Part shown: positions 52,401 to 61,647 of the stretch, in pieces
Numbering within the stretch: the first letter of the stretch is position 1
Layout: each line of letters begins with the position of its first letter
The notes under the pieces: model-generated
Databases searched by the model: none
What the model saw: only the letters and a program-made list of their open reading frames with translations
Told to the model about the DNA's origin: nothing
Made by a program: the position numbers and the translations under genes
Assembly (NCBI GenBank): GCA_020852255.1
Contig: JADZBD010000002.1
Span: forward strand, 283,531-347,530
From: Bacteroidia bacterium
Lineage (GTDB): Bacteria > Bacteroidota > Bacteroidia > JADZBD01
Direction of reading: 5' to 3'
DNA length: 64,000 bases

Positions 52401-54522
52401 ATCGGACACGGTGAATTATCGCTGGAAAGAATTCTCCTTCCAGTATGTTCCGGGGAAACGCGGTTGGGAACAGTCGCATTTTTTCCAATTTAAGAATAAT
52501 GACCACGTTTTTGTAAAACATAACCGTCCGACACGCACCTGGGATTTTGTGCCGGTAGGAAAAACATTAACAGTTGACTGTTACGGACAGCAGCCGCCGT
52601 TTTACAATTATAGCGAGATGTCGGCCACGCAGTACAAACTGGATCTCTCGGTTCAGGAATATGCCGGTTGCGGCTTTGTGAATGCGATGTTGGTGGCAAT
52701 TATTGATCCGGTGACGCTGCAGCCCTGGGGAAACCGCTGGTTCGATGCGTCAAATAATGTAATGCTGAACCCCACTCACTTTTTTGGAAACGCCAACGAT
52801 ATTCCGAGCGGAGGGCCCTGCGGACGAAACCGTGTAGAAAAATATTTCATTTTTCAGTGGGATCAGGCCGCGCAATTGGCCGGCATGAAGAACCTGCTGG
52901 AGAATGTGGTTCCAAACGGATATTACATCCTCGCTTACAGCTGGCTGAGCAGTGCAGCGAATCTGTGGGTTGACACTTCCCTGTACACAACCTTTGAAAC
53001 ACTCGGATCGGATACAATCCGTGACATTGGCGATGTGCCCTATATTTTCTTCTGTAAAAAAGGAGACCCGGGAAGTGCCCAGGAGGTGGTGGGAGCACAG
53101 ATGGATTCCTACATCAATTTCACCGCCGTACTGAGCAGCAATTCCGACGCAGGAAATTTTACCGGACCGCTGATTGGTCCGGCCATGAGCTGGGATTCCA
53201 TTTCCTGGTATCAGCATGGTCTGGAGAATCCCACGGCCGACAGTGTGAGTCTGAATGTGTATGGTGTGAACAACGCGGGCGCAGAAACCCTGCTGCAAAC
53301 CTACCCCCCTTCCCAGTATGCGATCGACCTCAGTTCGCTGAATGCAGCCACCTATCCATACCTGCGATTGAATCTTTTTATAAAAGACGACAGCCTGGGT
53401 ACTTCCGCTCAGATGGATAAATGGCAGGTGTTCTATCAGCCTGCACCTGAAGTTGCCGTTCACCCTCCTCTTGGCTGGAGTTTGTATGCCGACACCCTGG
53501 CGGAAGGGGATTCTGTGAAATTCAGGGTAGCCGTGAAAAACATCTCCGAATTCTTCATGGACAGTATGCAGGTGAACCACTGGGTGATTGACCGCAACAG
53601 GGTATCCCATCCCCAAACCATTTACTTCTCCGCATCGCTCTACCCCGACAGTTCCCTGCAAACGACCATCACGCTTCCCACCGAAGGTCTTGCAGGCCTC
53701 AACCAGCTTTGGATGGAGATCAATCCTGTGGGCACAGCCTTTACACAACGGGAGCAATATCATTTTAATAATATTGCCACCATTGACTTTTTTGTGGGCG
53801 ATGACAAGATCAATCCCCTGCTGGATGTAACGTTCGACGGAGTGCACATTCTCAACGGAGACATTATTTCCGCCCGACCGGATATTCTGATACAACTCAA
53901 AGATGAGAACCAGTTTCTCGCACTCAATGATACCGCCGATTTTAAACTCTGGCTGAAATACCCCGGTGCCAGTACTTACACCCGGTTCTATTTCAATGAC
54001 CCGCGCCTGATTTTCACTCCCGCAGCGCTTCCTGACAACAGCTGCCGCATTAATTTTCTCCCTGTGCTTCTGCTAGATGGTGTATACGAGCTGCTTGTAC
54101 AAGCGCAGGACCGCAGCAATAACCTTTCAGGTTCCATGGATATGAGAATTTCTTTCGAAGTGGAAAATAAACCCTCCATTACGGAAGTGATGAACTATCC
54201 GAATCCATTTTCAACGTCTACCCGATTCGTATTTACGCTCACCGGTTCCGATCTCCCTGAAACCTTTACCATTCAGATTCTCACTATTACCGGAAAAGTA
54301 GTTCGTGAAATCAGTAAAGAAGAACTGGGGCATATTCATATCGGCCGGAATATTACGGAATACGCCTGGGACGGCAGGGATCAGTACGGTGACCTGCTGG
54401 GGAACGGAATTTACCTGTACCGGGTTATGACCCGTCTCCACGGCAACGCTATAGAACACCGTGAAAGCGGGGCAGATCCCTTTATTCATAAGGGTTTCGG
54501 GAAAATGTACCTGATGCGGTAG
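49483..54522 (+). CDS. C25 (gingipain-like) cysteine peptidase family protein, probable T9SS sortase PorU, unusually long at 1679 aa
   Basis: Signal peptide. Candidate catalytic His in FFGHASGNSF and Cys in FILANSCFSGDF, with C25-like spacing. C-terminal CTD-like beta-sandwich (NYPNPFSTSTRFVFTL...IQILTITGKVV...GIYLYRV). Confidence 0.5.
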   Translation: MKRLYLAVLFFLSLYVARSQPYGNEWINYSQNYYRIPIAAEGIYRLDSAALAASGIPLNGLDPRRFQIFCRGREQAIFVSGEADGILNTGDFIEFYAQKNNGHLDSAVYDTAAVPNPYHSLYSDTSVYFLTWNSSLANLRLAPVTDNTFTLYTPDPYFFRELLFMTSAYYHAGPVTFYGSYNGFFHCTEGWMSAPFYKGQTLPVTFNTSLRYAGGPDGTLTTVIAGESDDFTNFSLPDHELRLEYNTNSGTTLLADSLFNGYKLITLTFTIPLSTLTNSTTFSHISVNNPSFTWNNTTALSYSRLRFPQIMDLENQPKYTLHIPDNGSQSKAYLRISNFNDQGGNVFLYDLTNRLRIQVVADSGFHKVLVPNAGNMKECYLHAENSVISLSGVTPVGTNAQFTYYGATGYDSAFIIITHSRLWNESAQYAAYRSGVPGGSNHVLLAEIGQLYDQFAWGIKYHPAAIRRFADLCWDSASVKPEHLFLIGKSIVFPDARDYYPYLQDVLVPTFGYPPSDVLLTANQNGANIEPRIPTGRLSALTGAEVLDYLAKVQSHEVNPSAEWMKHALHFGGGTTQLDQQTFAGFLTGYENTFEDTLFGGFVHTFLKTTSQPIQITLSDSVRNLINNGVSLMTFFGHASGNSFDQNLDDPANYNNSGRYPFILANSCFSGDFHAPPNSFVSNASELWVVNPKGAIGFLASVGQGITYYIDQFAQQMYRQFGQINYGSSIGECMQAAIDSAQGTVSDLFMNITLMEYNLQGDPSVRLNPQDKPDYAIADSSVYFTPGPVITAEVDSFEMNIVITNLGRAPRDTVIVELKRIFPDNSESIYTLPVPFVLFRDTLQVRMPVDLIKGPGINRFEVWVDSPQQIDEGNEGNNQLLTPAQLFIVSGDIVPVYPYEFAIIPNDTVTLKASTGDPFEAPHNYRFEIDTNDLYSNPLSALVVSAPGGVISWTPPLTLTDTTVYFWRVRRDTSDTVNYRWKEFSFQYVPGKRGWEQSHFFQFKNNDHVFVKHNRPTRTWDFVPVGKTLTVDCYGQQPPFYNYSEMSATQYKLDLSVQEYAGCGFVNAMLVAIIDPVTLQPWGNRWFDASNNVMLNPTHFFGNANDIPSGGPCGRNRVEKYFIFQWDQAAQLAGMKNLLENVVPNGYYILAYSWLSSAANLWVDTSLYTTFETLGSDTIRDIGDVPYIFFCKKGDPGSAQEVVGAQMDSYINFTAVLSSNSDAGNFTGPLIGPAMSWDSISWYQHGLENPTADSVSLNVYGVNNAGAETLLQTYPPSQYAIDLSSLNAATYPYLRLNLFIKDDSLGTSAQMDKWQVFYQPAPEVAVHPPLGWSLYADTLAEGDSVKFRVAVKNISEFFMDSMQVNHWVIDRNRVSHPQTIYFSASLYPDSSLQTTITLPTEGLAGLNQLWMEINPVGTAFTQREQYHFNNIATIDFFVGDDKINPLLDVTFDGVHILNGDIISARPDILIQLKDENQFLALNDTADFKLWLKYPGASTYTRFYFNDPRLIFTPAALPDNSCRINFLPVLLLDGVYELLVQAQDRSNNLSGSMDMRISFEVENKPSITEVMNYPNPFSTSTRFVFTLTGSDLPETFTIQILTITGKVVREISKEELGHIHIGRNITEYAWDGRDQYGDLLGNGIYLYRVMTRLHGNAIEHRESGADPFIHKGFGKMYLMR

Positions 54523-54591
54523 AGCTGGCACGGAATTTGCCTATTTTTAAACTATACGCTCCCAGGAGCGTCTAACCAATAAATAAACGCA

Positions 54592-55101
54592 ATGAAAAAC
54601 CTAAAAAACCTCCTGTTGATTTTCCTGATGGCCGCCGTGGCCGTTCCTGTAGCCGCACAGAAAAAGAAAGTAGTTGTTGTAAGCCCCGGAGGGCATCCAA
54701 AAGTTGAAAAACACCATGCACGAAAAGTACTGCACCGGACCGCGGTGGTTATTTTTCACGCGCACAAATGGGTAAAACAGGGTAAGAACTATACCGGTGA
54801 TCTGGCGAAAGCAATCGCGCATCAGCGTTTTGCCAAAAAGCTATATGCTCAAGGTAAATACCACCGTGCCATACATCAAAGCCGGGTAGCCCGCCTTTAC
54901 GCGATTAAAGCGATCAAGGCCAATAAAGGAACCGACATTGAGGAAAGTAAGATTACAGAAGAAGAAAAAGAACTCTTCAAGAGCGGCCCGAGCGACGACG
55001 AACTGATCAAGGAGATGAACGCACAGAATCCGGGCGCCAAATACAGCGATGAGGACAACCTGATCTCAGAACCGGACATTGACCTGAACGCAGACGAATA
55101 A
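54592..55101 (+). CDS. Hypothetical secreted protein; basic His/Lys-rich N-terminal half and acidic C-terminal half
   Basis: Signal peptide MKNLKNLLLIFLMAAVAVPVAAQ, then KKKVVVVSPGGHPKVEKHHARKVLH..., ending ...SDEDNLISEPDIDLNADE. Confidence 0.4.
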   Translation: MKNLKNLLLIFLMAAVAVPVAAQKKKVVVVSPGGHPKVEKHHARKVLHRTAVVIFHAHKWVKQGKNYTGDLAKAIAHQRFAKKLYAQGKYHRAIHQSRVARLYAIKAIKANKGTDIEESKITEEEKELFKSGPSDDELIKEMNAQNPGAKYSDEDNLISEPDIDLNADE

Positions 55102-55166
55102 AACACTCAAATATCCCTTGAAGAACGTCCGGTCCTGAGTGGCCGGGCGTTTTTCATTTTATACCT

Positions 55167-56762
55167 TTGCCGTGCATGAGTACACTCCGGATTCTTTCAC
55201 TGATGATGATTTCAGGTGCTTTGCTTGCACTTAGCTGGCCGGGCGTGGGTCATCCCGGGATCCTATTCATTGCATGGATTCCATTTCTGTTTGCGGAGGA
55301 GTTCATGGGAGAACAGCACCGCGCGGGAAACAAATTGCGTTTCTTTCTTTTCGCCGTACTCTGTATGCTGATCTGGAATCTTGGCGCTACCTGGTGGGTT
55401 TGGAATTCCTCTGCAGAAGGCTCTCTAATGGCGTTCTCTCTGAACAGCCTGCTTATGGCGCTGGTGTTACTGCTGGCCCATACGATAAGAAGGCGCGTGA
55501 ATCGCAGTGCCGGCATCCTCGTATTTATTGCACTTTGGATGTCTTATGAATGGTTTCATCACCGCTGGGATCTTACATGGCCCTGGCTCACGCTTGGAAA
55601 TGCATTCGCCGGGATCACACCCCTTGTGCAATGGTATGAATTTACGGGTACCCCGGGTGGGACATTATGGGGGCTGGCTGTAAATTTCTCCCTCTATGAA
55701 ATGATCCGGACTTTCCTGAAGGGCAAAAAAAACGCCGGGTGGAAACAAACTGCAATTGCAGGCACCATCCTGCTTTTTCCCATGCTGGTTTCCTTTCTGC
55801 TCCTTCCGAAGCCGGAGACCGAAAAAACCGGAGTTCATCTGGTAGCGGTTCAGCCAAACTTCGATCCGTACAAGGTAAAATTTGACATGGGGCCCGACAA
55901 GCAAATGGATATATTTCTTCACATGGCAAAAGAGAAGCTACGGCCTGACACCCGTTTTCTTCTTTTACCGGAAACCTCCGTGAGCGATGGGATCTATGAA
56001 GACAGATATGAAGAATCCTACAGCGTATACCGTCTGATTGAATTCGCGCGTGAGCATCATGGGCTTAATATCATTACCGGTGCATCCACCTGGAAACAAT
56101 TCCGTCAGGGCGAAACGCCCACGCCAACGGCCCGCCAGTACGGAAACGACTGGTATGAAGCGTACAATTCGGCACTGTGGATTGACTCCTCCGGCGTAAG
56201 GGAGGTGTATCATAAATCCAAACTGGTTCCCGGAGTGGAACAGCTTCCCTACCCTGCCCTCTTCGGGTCGCTGAAAGACTGGGCGCTGGATCTTGGCGGC
56301 ACCTCCGGAAGTTTAGGTACGCAGGAAGAAAGAGAGGTATTTGCCGTTCCTTCAACCGGGGTGGTGGCTGCCCCTGTGATTTGTTACGAATCTATTTTTG
56401 GTGATTTTGTCAAAGGGTATATACATAAAGGGGGCAATGCCATTTTCGTTCTGACCAACGACGGATGGTGGGGAGATACCCCCGGATACCGTCAACATCT
56501 CGAATTTGCCCGTTTGCGCGCTATTGAATTCAGGGTTCCGGTGGTACGCTGTACAAATACTGGAGTTTCCTGTGTTATTGCTCCAGACGGGACTGTGGAA
56601 AAACAAACCCGATGGTGGACCGCGGAAAGCATGGAAGCATTCATTCGTCCGGGTAAGGCAGATACATTCTATTCCCACTGGGGCGATTGGCTTTCCTACT
56701 GTATGATTCCCCTGGGGCTGCTTAGTCTCATCCTTCCCTTTGTGCGGCGAATCCAACGATAG
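55167..56762 (+). CDS. lnt: Apolipoprotein N-acyltransferase
   Basis: Trp-rich N-terminal TM bundle plus C-terminal CN-hydrolase domain with catalytic-Cys motif VICYESIFGDF. Confidence 0.75.
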   Translation: MPCMSTLRILSLMMISGALLALSWPGVGHPGILFIAWIPFLFAEEFMGEQHRAGNKLRFFLFAVLCMLIWNLGATWWVWNSSAEGSLMAFSLNSLLMALVLLLAHTIRRRVNRSAGILVFIALWMSYEWFHHRWDLTWPWLTLGNAFAGITPLVQWYEFTGTPGGTLWGLAVNFSLYEMIRTFLKGKKNAGWKQTAIAGTILLFPMLVSFLLLPKPETEKTGVHLVAVQPNFDPYKVKFDMGPDKQMDIFLHMAKEKLRPDTRFLLLPETSVSDGIYEDRYEESYSVYRLIEFAREHHGLNIITGASTWKQFRQGETPTPTARQYGNDWYEAYNSALWIDSSGVREVYHKSKLVPGVEQLPYPALFGSLKDWALDLGGTSGSLGTQEEREVFAVPSTGVVAAPVICYESIFGDFVKGYIHKGGNAIFVLTNDGWWGDTPGYRQHLEFARLRAIEFRVPVVRCTNTGVSCVIAPDGTVEKQTRWWTAESMEAFIRPGKADTFYSHWGDWLSYCMIPLGLLSLILPFVRRIQR

Positions 56763-56782
56763 GATTTCTATCTTTGACAGGC

Positions 56783-57793
56783 ATGAAAAAAGGGATTCTC
56801 CTGCTTAACCTGGGCACACCCGACAGTCCTGAACCACCGGACGTAGCTACGTACCTTCGGGAGTTTCTGATGGATGAAAGGGTGATTGATGTAAACCCCG
56901 TCTGGAGGTATATTCTGGTGAACTGGATCATTGTACCCTCACGTTCAAAATCTTCATCTGCTTTATATAAGAAGATCTGGACCAAAAGAGGTTCCCCCCT
57001 GCTTTTTCACGGGCGGGATCTGCGGGATAATCTGGCTTCAGTTCTGGGAGAGGAATACATCGTTGCACTTGGGATGCGTTACCGCAATCCGTCGGTACGG
57101 GAGGCGCTGATACGTCTGAGAGATCAGGGAGCCGGCAGCATTCACGTGCTTCCACTCTATCCCCAATATGCAAGTTCCAGCACACAATCATCCCTCGAAG
57201 AAACCGAACGCTGCCTTCATGAACTGAACCTGAAAGTGCCGGTGAGCCGAACCACATACTTTTTTAATGATCCAGGTTTCATCCAGTGTTTTGCACACAA
57301 CGCCGGCAAATTTGATCTCACAACCTACGATCATTTTCTTTTTAGTTATCACGGCCTGCCTGAACGGCATATCTACCAGTCGGCCCGCGAATTAGGAATC
57401 TCCTCCTGTTCCATCGGAACCTGCTGTGATCAGCTTACACCGGATAATGAGCGCTGTTATCGTGCAGCGGCATTCGCTACCACACGGATGCTGGTGAAAG
57501 AACTGGGCATCCCGGAAGGGAAGTATACAACAGCGTTTCAGTCGAGGCTCAACAACAAATGGCTTAAACCCTTCTCCGATCACATGATTCGTGAATGGGG
57601 GAAAGCGGGAAAAAAGCGAATTCTGGCATTCTCTCCATCGTTTGTTGCAGACTGCCTTGAAACCACGTATGAGGTGGGAACAGAATACCTTGAGATCTTC
57701 CGTGAACATGGCGGGGAACAACTTGATCTGGTTCCTTCGCTGAACGCAGATCTTTCCTGGGCGGAGGCTCTGGCAGCGATGATCCGGAAATAA
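56783..57793 (+). CDS. hemH: Ferrochelatase
   Basis: MKKGILLLNLGTPDSPEPPDVATYLREFLMDERVIDV is the canonical N-terminus. Start chosen at MKKGIL; the track start at 56774 is possible. Confidence 0.85.
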   Translation: MKKGILLLNLGTPDSPEPPDVATYLREFLMDERVIDVNPVWRYILVNWIIVPSRSKSSSALYKKIWTKRGSPLLFHGRDLRDNLASVLGEEYIVALGMRYRNPSVREALIRLRDQGAGSIHVLPLYPQYASSSTQSSLEETERCLHELNLKVPVSRTTYFFNDPGFIQCFAHNAGKFDLTTYDHFLFSYHGLPERHIYQSARELGISSCSIGTCCDQLTPDNERCYRAAAFATTRMLVKELGIPEGKYTTAFQSRLNNKWLKPFSDHMIREWGKAGKKRILAFSPSFVADCLETTYEVGTEYLEIFREHGGEQLDLVPSLNADLSWAEALAAMIRK

Positions 57794-57795
57794 AA

Positions 57796-57820
57796 ACGTC
57801 CGGACGAACCGCCCGGACGT
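57796..57820 (-). terminator. Terminator hairpin between convergent hemH and the ppiD-like gene
   Basis: ACGTCCGG-ACGAACCGC-CCGGACGT is a perfect 8-bp stem. The minus-strand side is followed by UUUUUAUUU; the plus-strand U tract is weaker. Confidence 0.55.
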
Positions 57821-57838
57821 TCCTGTGAACGTTTAGTT

Positions 57839-60070
57839 TCAGTAAAATTTGTACCGCGTATCCTGTATTCCTGCTTTATCGCGAAGGATGTTAGAAACGG
57901 AGGCGTCTACCCGGTACTGAAGATTAGTTTTCAGATTGATTTTCTGCTGAGTATAATCCTTTGATTCCGGCGCCGGTGTTACCTTCTCCACCATCACGAT
58001 GTACACACCCTGCTCACCCATTAAAGGTTTAGACATTTTACCCGGTTCCAATGCGAAAACGGTTCCCATGAGGGTCATTTCGCGGCCAAGCCCCGGCACA
58101 GAAAAATCATTATAACGAATACCAGGAACACTGTCCACAGTCAGCTGGAGCTTATTCGCGATTTCGCTGAGGCTCTTACCGGACTTCGCAAATTCCTCCA
58201 TGAACATTTTCGCCTTTTTCTCCTTCTTCGCACCCAGCTCTACCTCCACCTTCTTCTGCTCCAGGGTTGCGAAACCTTTCGGATGAAGTTCAGTGACCAC
58301 CGGTATTACATACTTATTATCATATGTAAAAGGTTCCTTACACACGGTTCCCTGAGGGTTAGTGAAGACCCAGCGAATAAGATCGCGCGCGTTATCCACA
58401 CCCGGAATTCCGCGGGCGGTGGTAGTAACGGTCTCAGCGGTACGCATATTCATGCCTTTCTCCTGAATTCCTTTGCTGAATGTTTCAGCATTGTCTCCAT
58501 ACTGGGTAAGAAAATCCAGCGCTTCGTTATAAATATCATTTTTGGTTTTAGCAGAAGGGATTACCGTTTTCTGGATTGTACCGATCCTGTAACGCGCCGA
58601 TTCCTTTCCCTTATCCAGTACTTCGATAAGGTGGAACCCATAAGTGGTTTCCACCACTACCAGATCTCCTACTTTTCCTTCAAAGGCGGCGGTCTGGAAT
58701 TCAGGTACCATAGCCCCTTCCTTGAACCAACGGTAGGCTCCCAGGTCTTCGCGCTTCTTTTTCACTTTCTTCGACGGATCCTTCTTGTCCGGGTAATCGT
58801 AAAATGATCCGGAGTCTGCAGAATATTTCTGAACCATATCCGGAAACTGAACCTTTTTCTTCTTGAGAAGATTAAGAATACTGTCGGCCAGGGCCTTTGA
58901 CTGTTCTTTAGTTCGTGTTACAGAAGCGGCGGCGCTGGGAGAACCTGCGTAATTAAACAGGATATGGCGAACGGATGCGGAATCAGGATATGACTTCACA
59001 TCCATCACTTTACTCACTTTCCAAATTGTTCCCTCAAGGTAAGGTTTGGTGACATAGCCTTTACCTGTTTTCACCAGCTGTGAATCCGCACTCAGGGAGG
59101 GTGGGAGCTGCATTAACTTCAGAAAGCTGCCGTCGATATTGGGATTTTCAGATTCACGAACAATAATCTGGGTGTCATTTTCTGTTTTAGCAAACTCATC
59201 GGCAACTCTGTTAATTTCCTTTTCCGCGTCGGCCTTGTCCTGATCGGAGGGTAAGACGTCAAATACCAGGTAATCCACTTTGGCAGAAAGTTCCTGCTTC
59301 CAACGGGCCTTGTTTTCATTATAATACTTCTGCATTTCCTCCTCGGTTACAGTTAGGGTACTGTCAGCAACTGCATTGTATCGCTTCAGCACATAACGGA
59401 AACGAACGGAGGTCTGAGACATTTTATAATCCTGCTTGGCGTAGCTGGTGGTAACCTGCAGTCCTTTTTTAAGTAAATTAAAATATTTGTTCTGATACTT
59501 ATTATCGCGAACGCTGATTTCAAAATCTTTCCACTGTTCCCAGAGCTTCTCTACCTGCTTGTCCGTTGCAGCTCTTTTACTCAGTTCGTCAACATACTGT
59601 TTAATTTTCTGTCCGCTCAGCTGACCCTTTTCATCCACAAAGTTCTGGTTGATCTGTCCCGACTGCTGATCGGTAAATGCAGGCACGATCATGGGATCGG
59701 GAGGTACACCAAGAAAAATATCTGTAAGTTCCGCATCGGTAACATTGAGTCCGAGCGACCGGTATTCCGGTTCCATAACCAGCTGACGGATATAAAATTC
59801 CCAGGTGATGTTGCTCACCATGTCCGACATATTATCATCCATGCTGCTTGCTTCGGAGTTTCTCATCTGCCTGTCTGCGTTCAGATTAAACTCCATATTG
59901 TATTCCTCGTATTTGATCTTTTTACCTGCGATTACACCAACGCTCATATCTTCACCGAAGATGCTGAACCCGCTTTCAAAAAGGCCTGTCATTACAAATG
60001 CCAGGAGAGAAACACCCACAATACCGGCGATAAGTCCGGAGCGCTTCCTTAAATTGCCTATAGCTGCCAT
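57839..60070 (-). CDS. Periplasmic chaperone/peptidyl-prolyl isomerase, PpiD/SurA-like with parvulin domain(s)
   Basis: N-terminal TM anchor (LIAGIVGVSLLAFVMTGLF), 743 aa, parvulin motif GDLVVVETTYGFHLIEV. Confidence 0.7.
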   Translation of the reverse strand: MAAIGNLRKRSGLIAGIVGVSLLAFVMTGLFESGFSIFGEDMSVGVIAGKKIKYEEYNMEFNLNADRQMRNSEASSMDDNMSDMVSNITWEFYIRQLVMEPEYRSLGLNVTDAELTDIFLGVPPDPMIVPAFTDQQSGQINQNFVDEKGQLSGQKIKQYVDELSKRAATDKQVEKLWEQWKDFEISVRDNKYQNKYFNLLKKGLQVTTSYAKQDYKMSQTSVRFRYVLKRYNAVADSTLTVTEEEMQKYYNENKARWKQELSAKVDYLVFDVLPSDQDKADAEKEINRVADEFAKTENDTQIIVRESENPNIDGSFLKLMQLPPSLSADSQLVKTGKGYVTKPYLEGTIWKVSKVMDVKSYPDSASVRHILFNYAGSPSAAASVTRTKEQSKALADSILNLLKKKKVQFPDMVQKYSADSGSFYDYPDKKDPSKKVKKKREDLGAYRWFKEGAMVPEFQTAAFEGKVGDLVVVETTYGFHLIEVLDKGKESARYRIGTIQKTVIPSAKTKNDIYNEALDFLTQYGDNAETFSKGIQEKGMNMRTAETVTTTARGIPGVDNARDLIRWVFTNPQGTVCKEPFTYDNKYVIPVVTELHPKGFATLEQKKVEVELGAKKEKKAKMFMEEFAKSGKSLSEIANKLQLTVDSVPGIRYNDFSVPGLGREMTLMGTVFALEPGKMSKPLMGEQGVYIVMVEKVTPAPESKDYTQQKINLKTNLQYRVDASVSNILRDKAGIQDTRYKFY

Positions 60071-60163
60071 ATTCTATTGATTTTCAGGGGGACGAAGATA
60101 CGATTCTTTGGACGTTTAAGGAAATCCGCGGACCTATATAATCTACTGAATACCAGTACCATA

Positions 60164-61417
60164 TCACTCGTCCCGCTTCACATTAACGAGTTCAATGCGT
60201 CCACGGGTAACGTTGGTAATGGTAAAGGTATATGTTCCGATCCGGATGACTTCACCTTGCCGGGGTACGCTCTGGTGGTGATGCAGGATAAATCCTGAAA
60301 GGGTTTCGTACTCCTCTTCCTTCTCGAGGTCAAAACTATATTTTTGATTCAGGTGATCTACTTCAATTCGGCCACTGAAGAGAAACTCGCGCTCTGATAT
60401 CTTCCGGTCTGTAAGTTCCTCCTTATCATGTTCGTCCTCGATCTCGCCGAAAATCTCTTCCATCACGTCTTCCATAGTAAGAATTCCGGCGGTTACGCCG
60501 AACTCATCCACCACCACCGCCATGCTTTTTCTCTGTTGGATAAATAAAGTGAGTGCATCCCGTGCGGGCATAGATTCGGGCACTATAATAAGGGGAAGCA
60601 GTACACTGCGAAGCGTTTCGGGATGGCGAAAGAGCTCATGGGAATGAATATATCCAACGAGCTGATCCACGGTTCCGTCAAACACCAGTATTTTTGAGAG
60701 CCGGGTATCAATAAATTTTTGCCTGAGTTTGCTGACCGGACTGTTTGCCTCCACTGCAACAATCTCCGTCCGAGGAACCATACATTCCCTAACTTTTACT
60801 TCCGAAAAATCCAATGCATTCCTGAAAATGGTTACTTCATGATCCATTCCGCTCAGATCCTTTTGCCCCACGGTTTCTCTTACCAGGTTGTCCAGGTCTA
60901 CCCGTCCAAAGCTGGTTTCAGTTTCCGTAACTTCCACACCGGCCATTCGCTTGAGTAGCTGGTTAGATATAAAAAGAGAAATGAATACAATCGGTGAAAG
61001 TATCCAATAGATAATCATCAGCGGCACGGCGAAAACGCTCAGTAGTCCGTTGGGGTTAATCCGGAACAGGCTTTTCGGAATATACTCCGCCGCCACCAGA
61101 ATAATCAACGTAGAGATCAATGTGGTTAGAACCAGATTCAGCAGGTCGTGACTGATCCACCGTCCAAAATATCCGAAGAGAACTGTTTCCATAAAAATGG
61201 AAAAGATCACCAGTGCAATACTATTGCCAACAAGCATGGTGGCGATGAAATGGGCGGGTTTGCGGACAAAATAGGAGATAATTCCCGCGTTCAGTCCTCC
61301 CTGTTTGGTGCTCAGCTCGATTTTCAGCTTATTGGCAGTCAGAAACGCAATCTCCATCCCGGAAAAAAAAGCAGAAGCAGCAACAGCGGAACAAATATAG
61401 ATCCAGGTAGCGCTCAT
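60164..61417 (-). CDS. CNNM/CorC/HlyC-family membrane protein (DUF21 + CBS pair + CorC_HlyC), GldE-like
   Basis: N-terminal DUF21 TM domain, paired CBS region, C-terminal transporter-associated domain (GEVIRIGTYTFTITNV). Confidence 0.7.
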   Translation of the reverse strand: MSATWIYICSAVAASAFFSGMEIAFLTANKLKIELSTKQGGLNAGIISYFVRKPAHFIATMLVGNSIALVIFSIFMETVLFGYFGRWISHDLLNLVLTTLISTLIILVAAEYIPKSLFRINPNGLLSVFAVPLMIIYWILSPIVFISLFISNQLLKRMAGVEVTETETSFGRVDLDNLVRETVGQKDLSGMDHEVTIFRNALDFSEVKVRECMVPRTEIVAVEANSPVSKLRQKFIDTRLSKILVFDGTVDQLVGYIHSHELFRHPETLRSVLLPLIIVPESMPARDALTLFIQQRKSMAVVVDEFGVTAGILTMEDVMEEIFGEIEDEHDKEELTDRKISEREFLFSGRIEVDHLNQKYSFDLEKEEEYETLSGFILHHHQSVPRQGEVIRIGTYTFTITNVTRGRIELVNVKRDE

Positions 61418-61647
61418 TACTTTCTGTTCTGTTTCTCCTTTGCCATTTTTTCCATATACATTTTTGATCTCCGGCTGTTGAGGGCGATCATGAGCACAGC
61501 AACAAAAAGAAACGCCAGAAACAGGTAGGCATCCTTATTCTGACCCTTGATCAAAGAAACTACGGCGGAGTACAGTGAAACCAATCCCAGCGCCAGCCAG
61601 AGAAACATCAGGATTCGAACCCTGATCCGGAACATCTTTTCATTCAT
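61417..61647 (-). CDS. Small two-TM membrane protein, hypothetical
   Basis: 76 aa with two hydrophobic helices. Stop overlaps the corC-like start, and start overlaps the lptC-like stop by 8 nt. Translationally coupled if real. Confidence 0.35.
   Translation of the reverse strand: MNEKMFRIRVRILMFLWLALGLVSLYSAVVSLIKGQNKDAYLFLAFLFVAVLMIALNSRRSKMYMEKMAKEKQNRK

Noticed and set aside
51373-53895. Long antisense ORFs (254 aa and 381 aa) opposite the PorU-like gene
   Set aside because: No recognisable domains. They are fully nested antisense to an ORF with clear peptidase and CTD signatures, so stop-poor antisense frames in a long gene are the simplest explanation.
55120-55160. Possible terminator after the His/Lys-rich protein gene (aacgtccggtcctgagtggccgggcgttttt)
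   Set aside because: The stem is imperfect, so it is not listed as a feature, though the following T-run makes it plausible.
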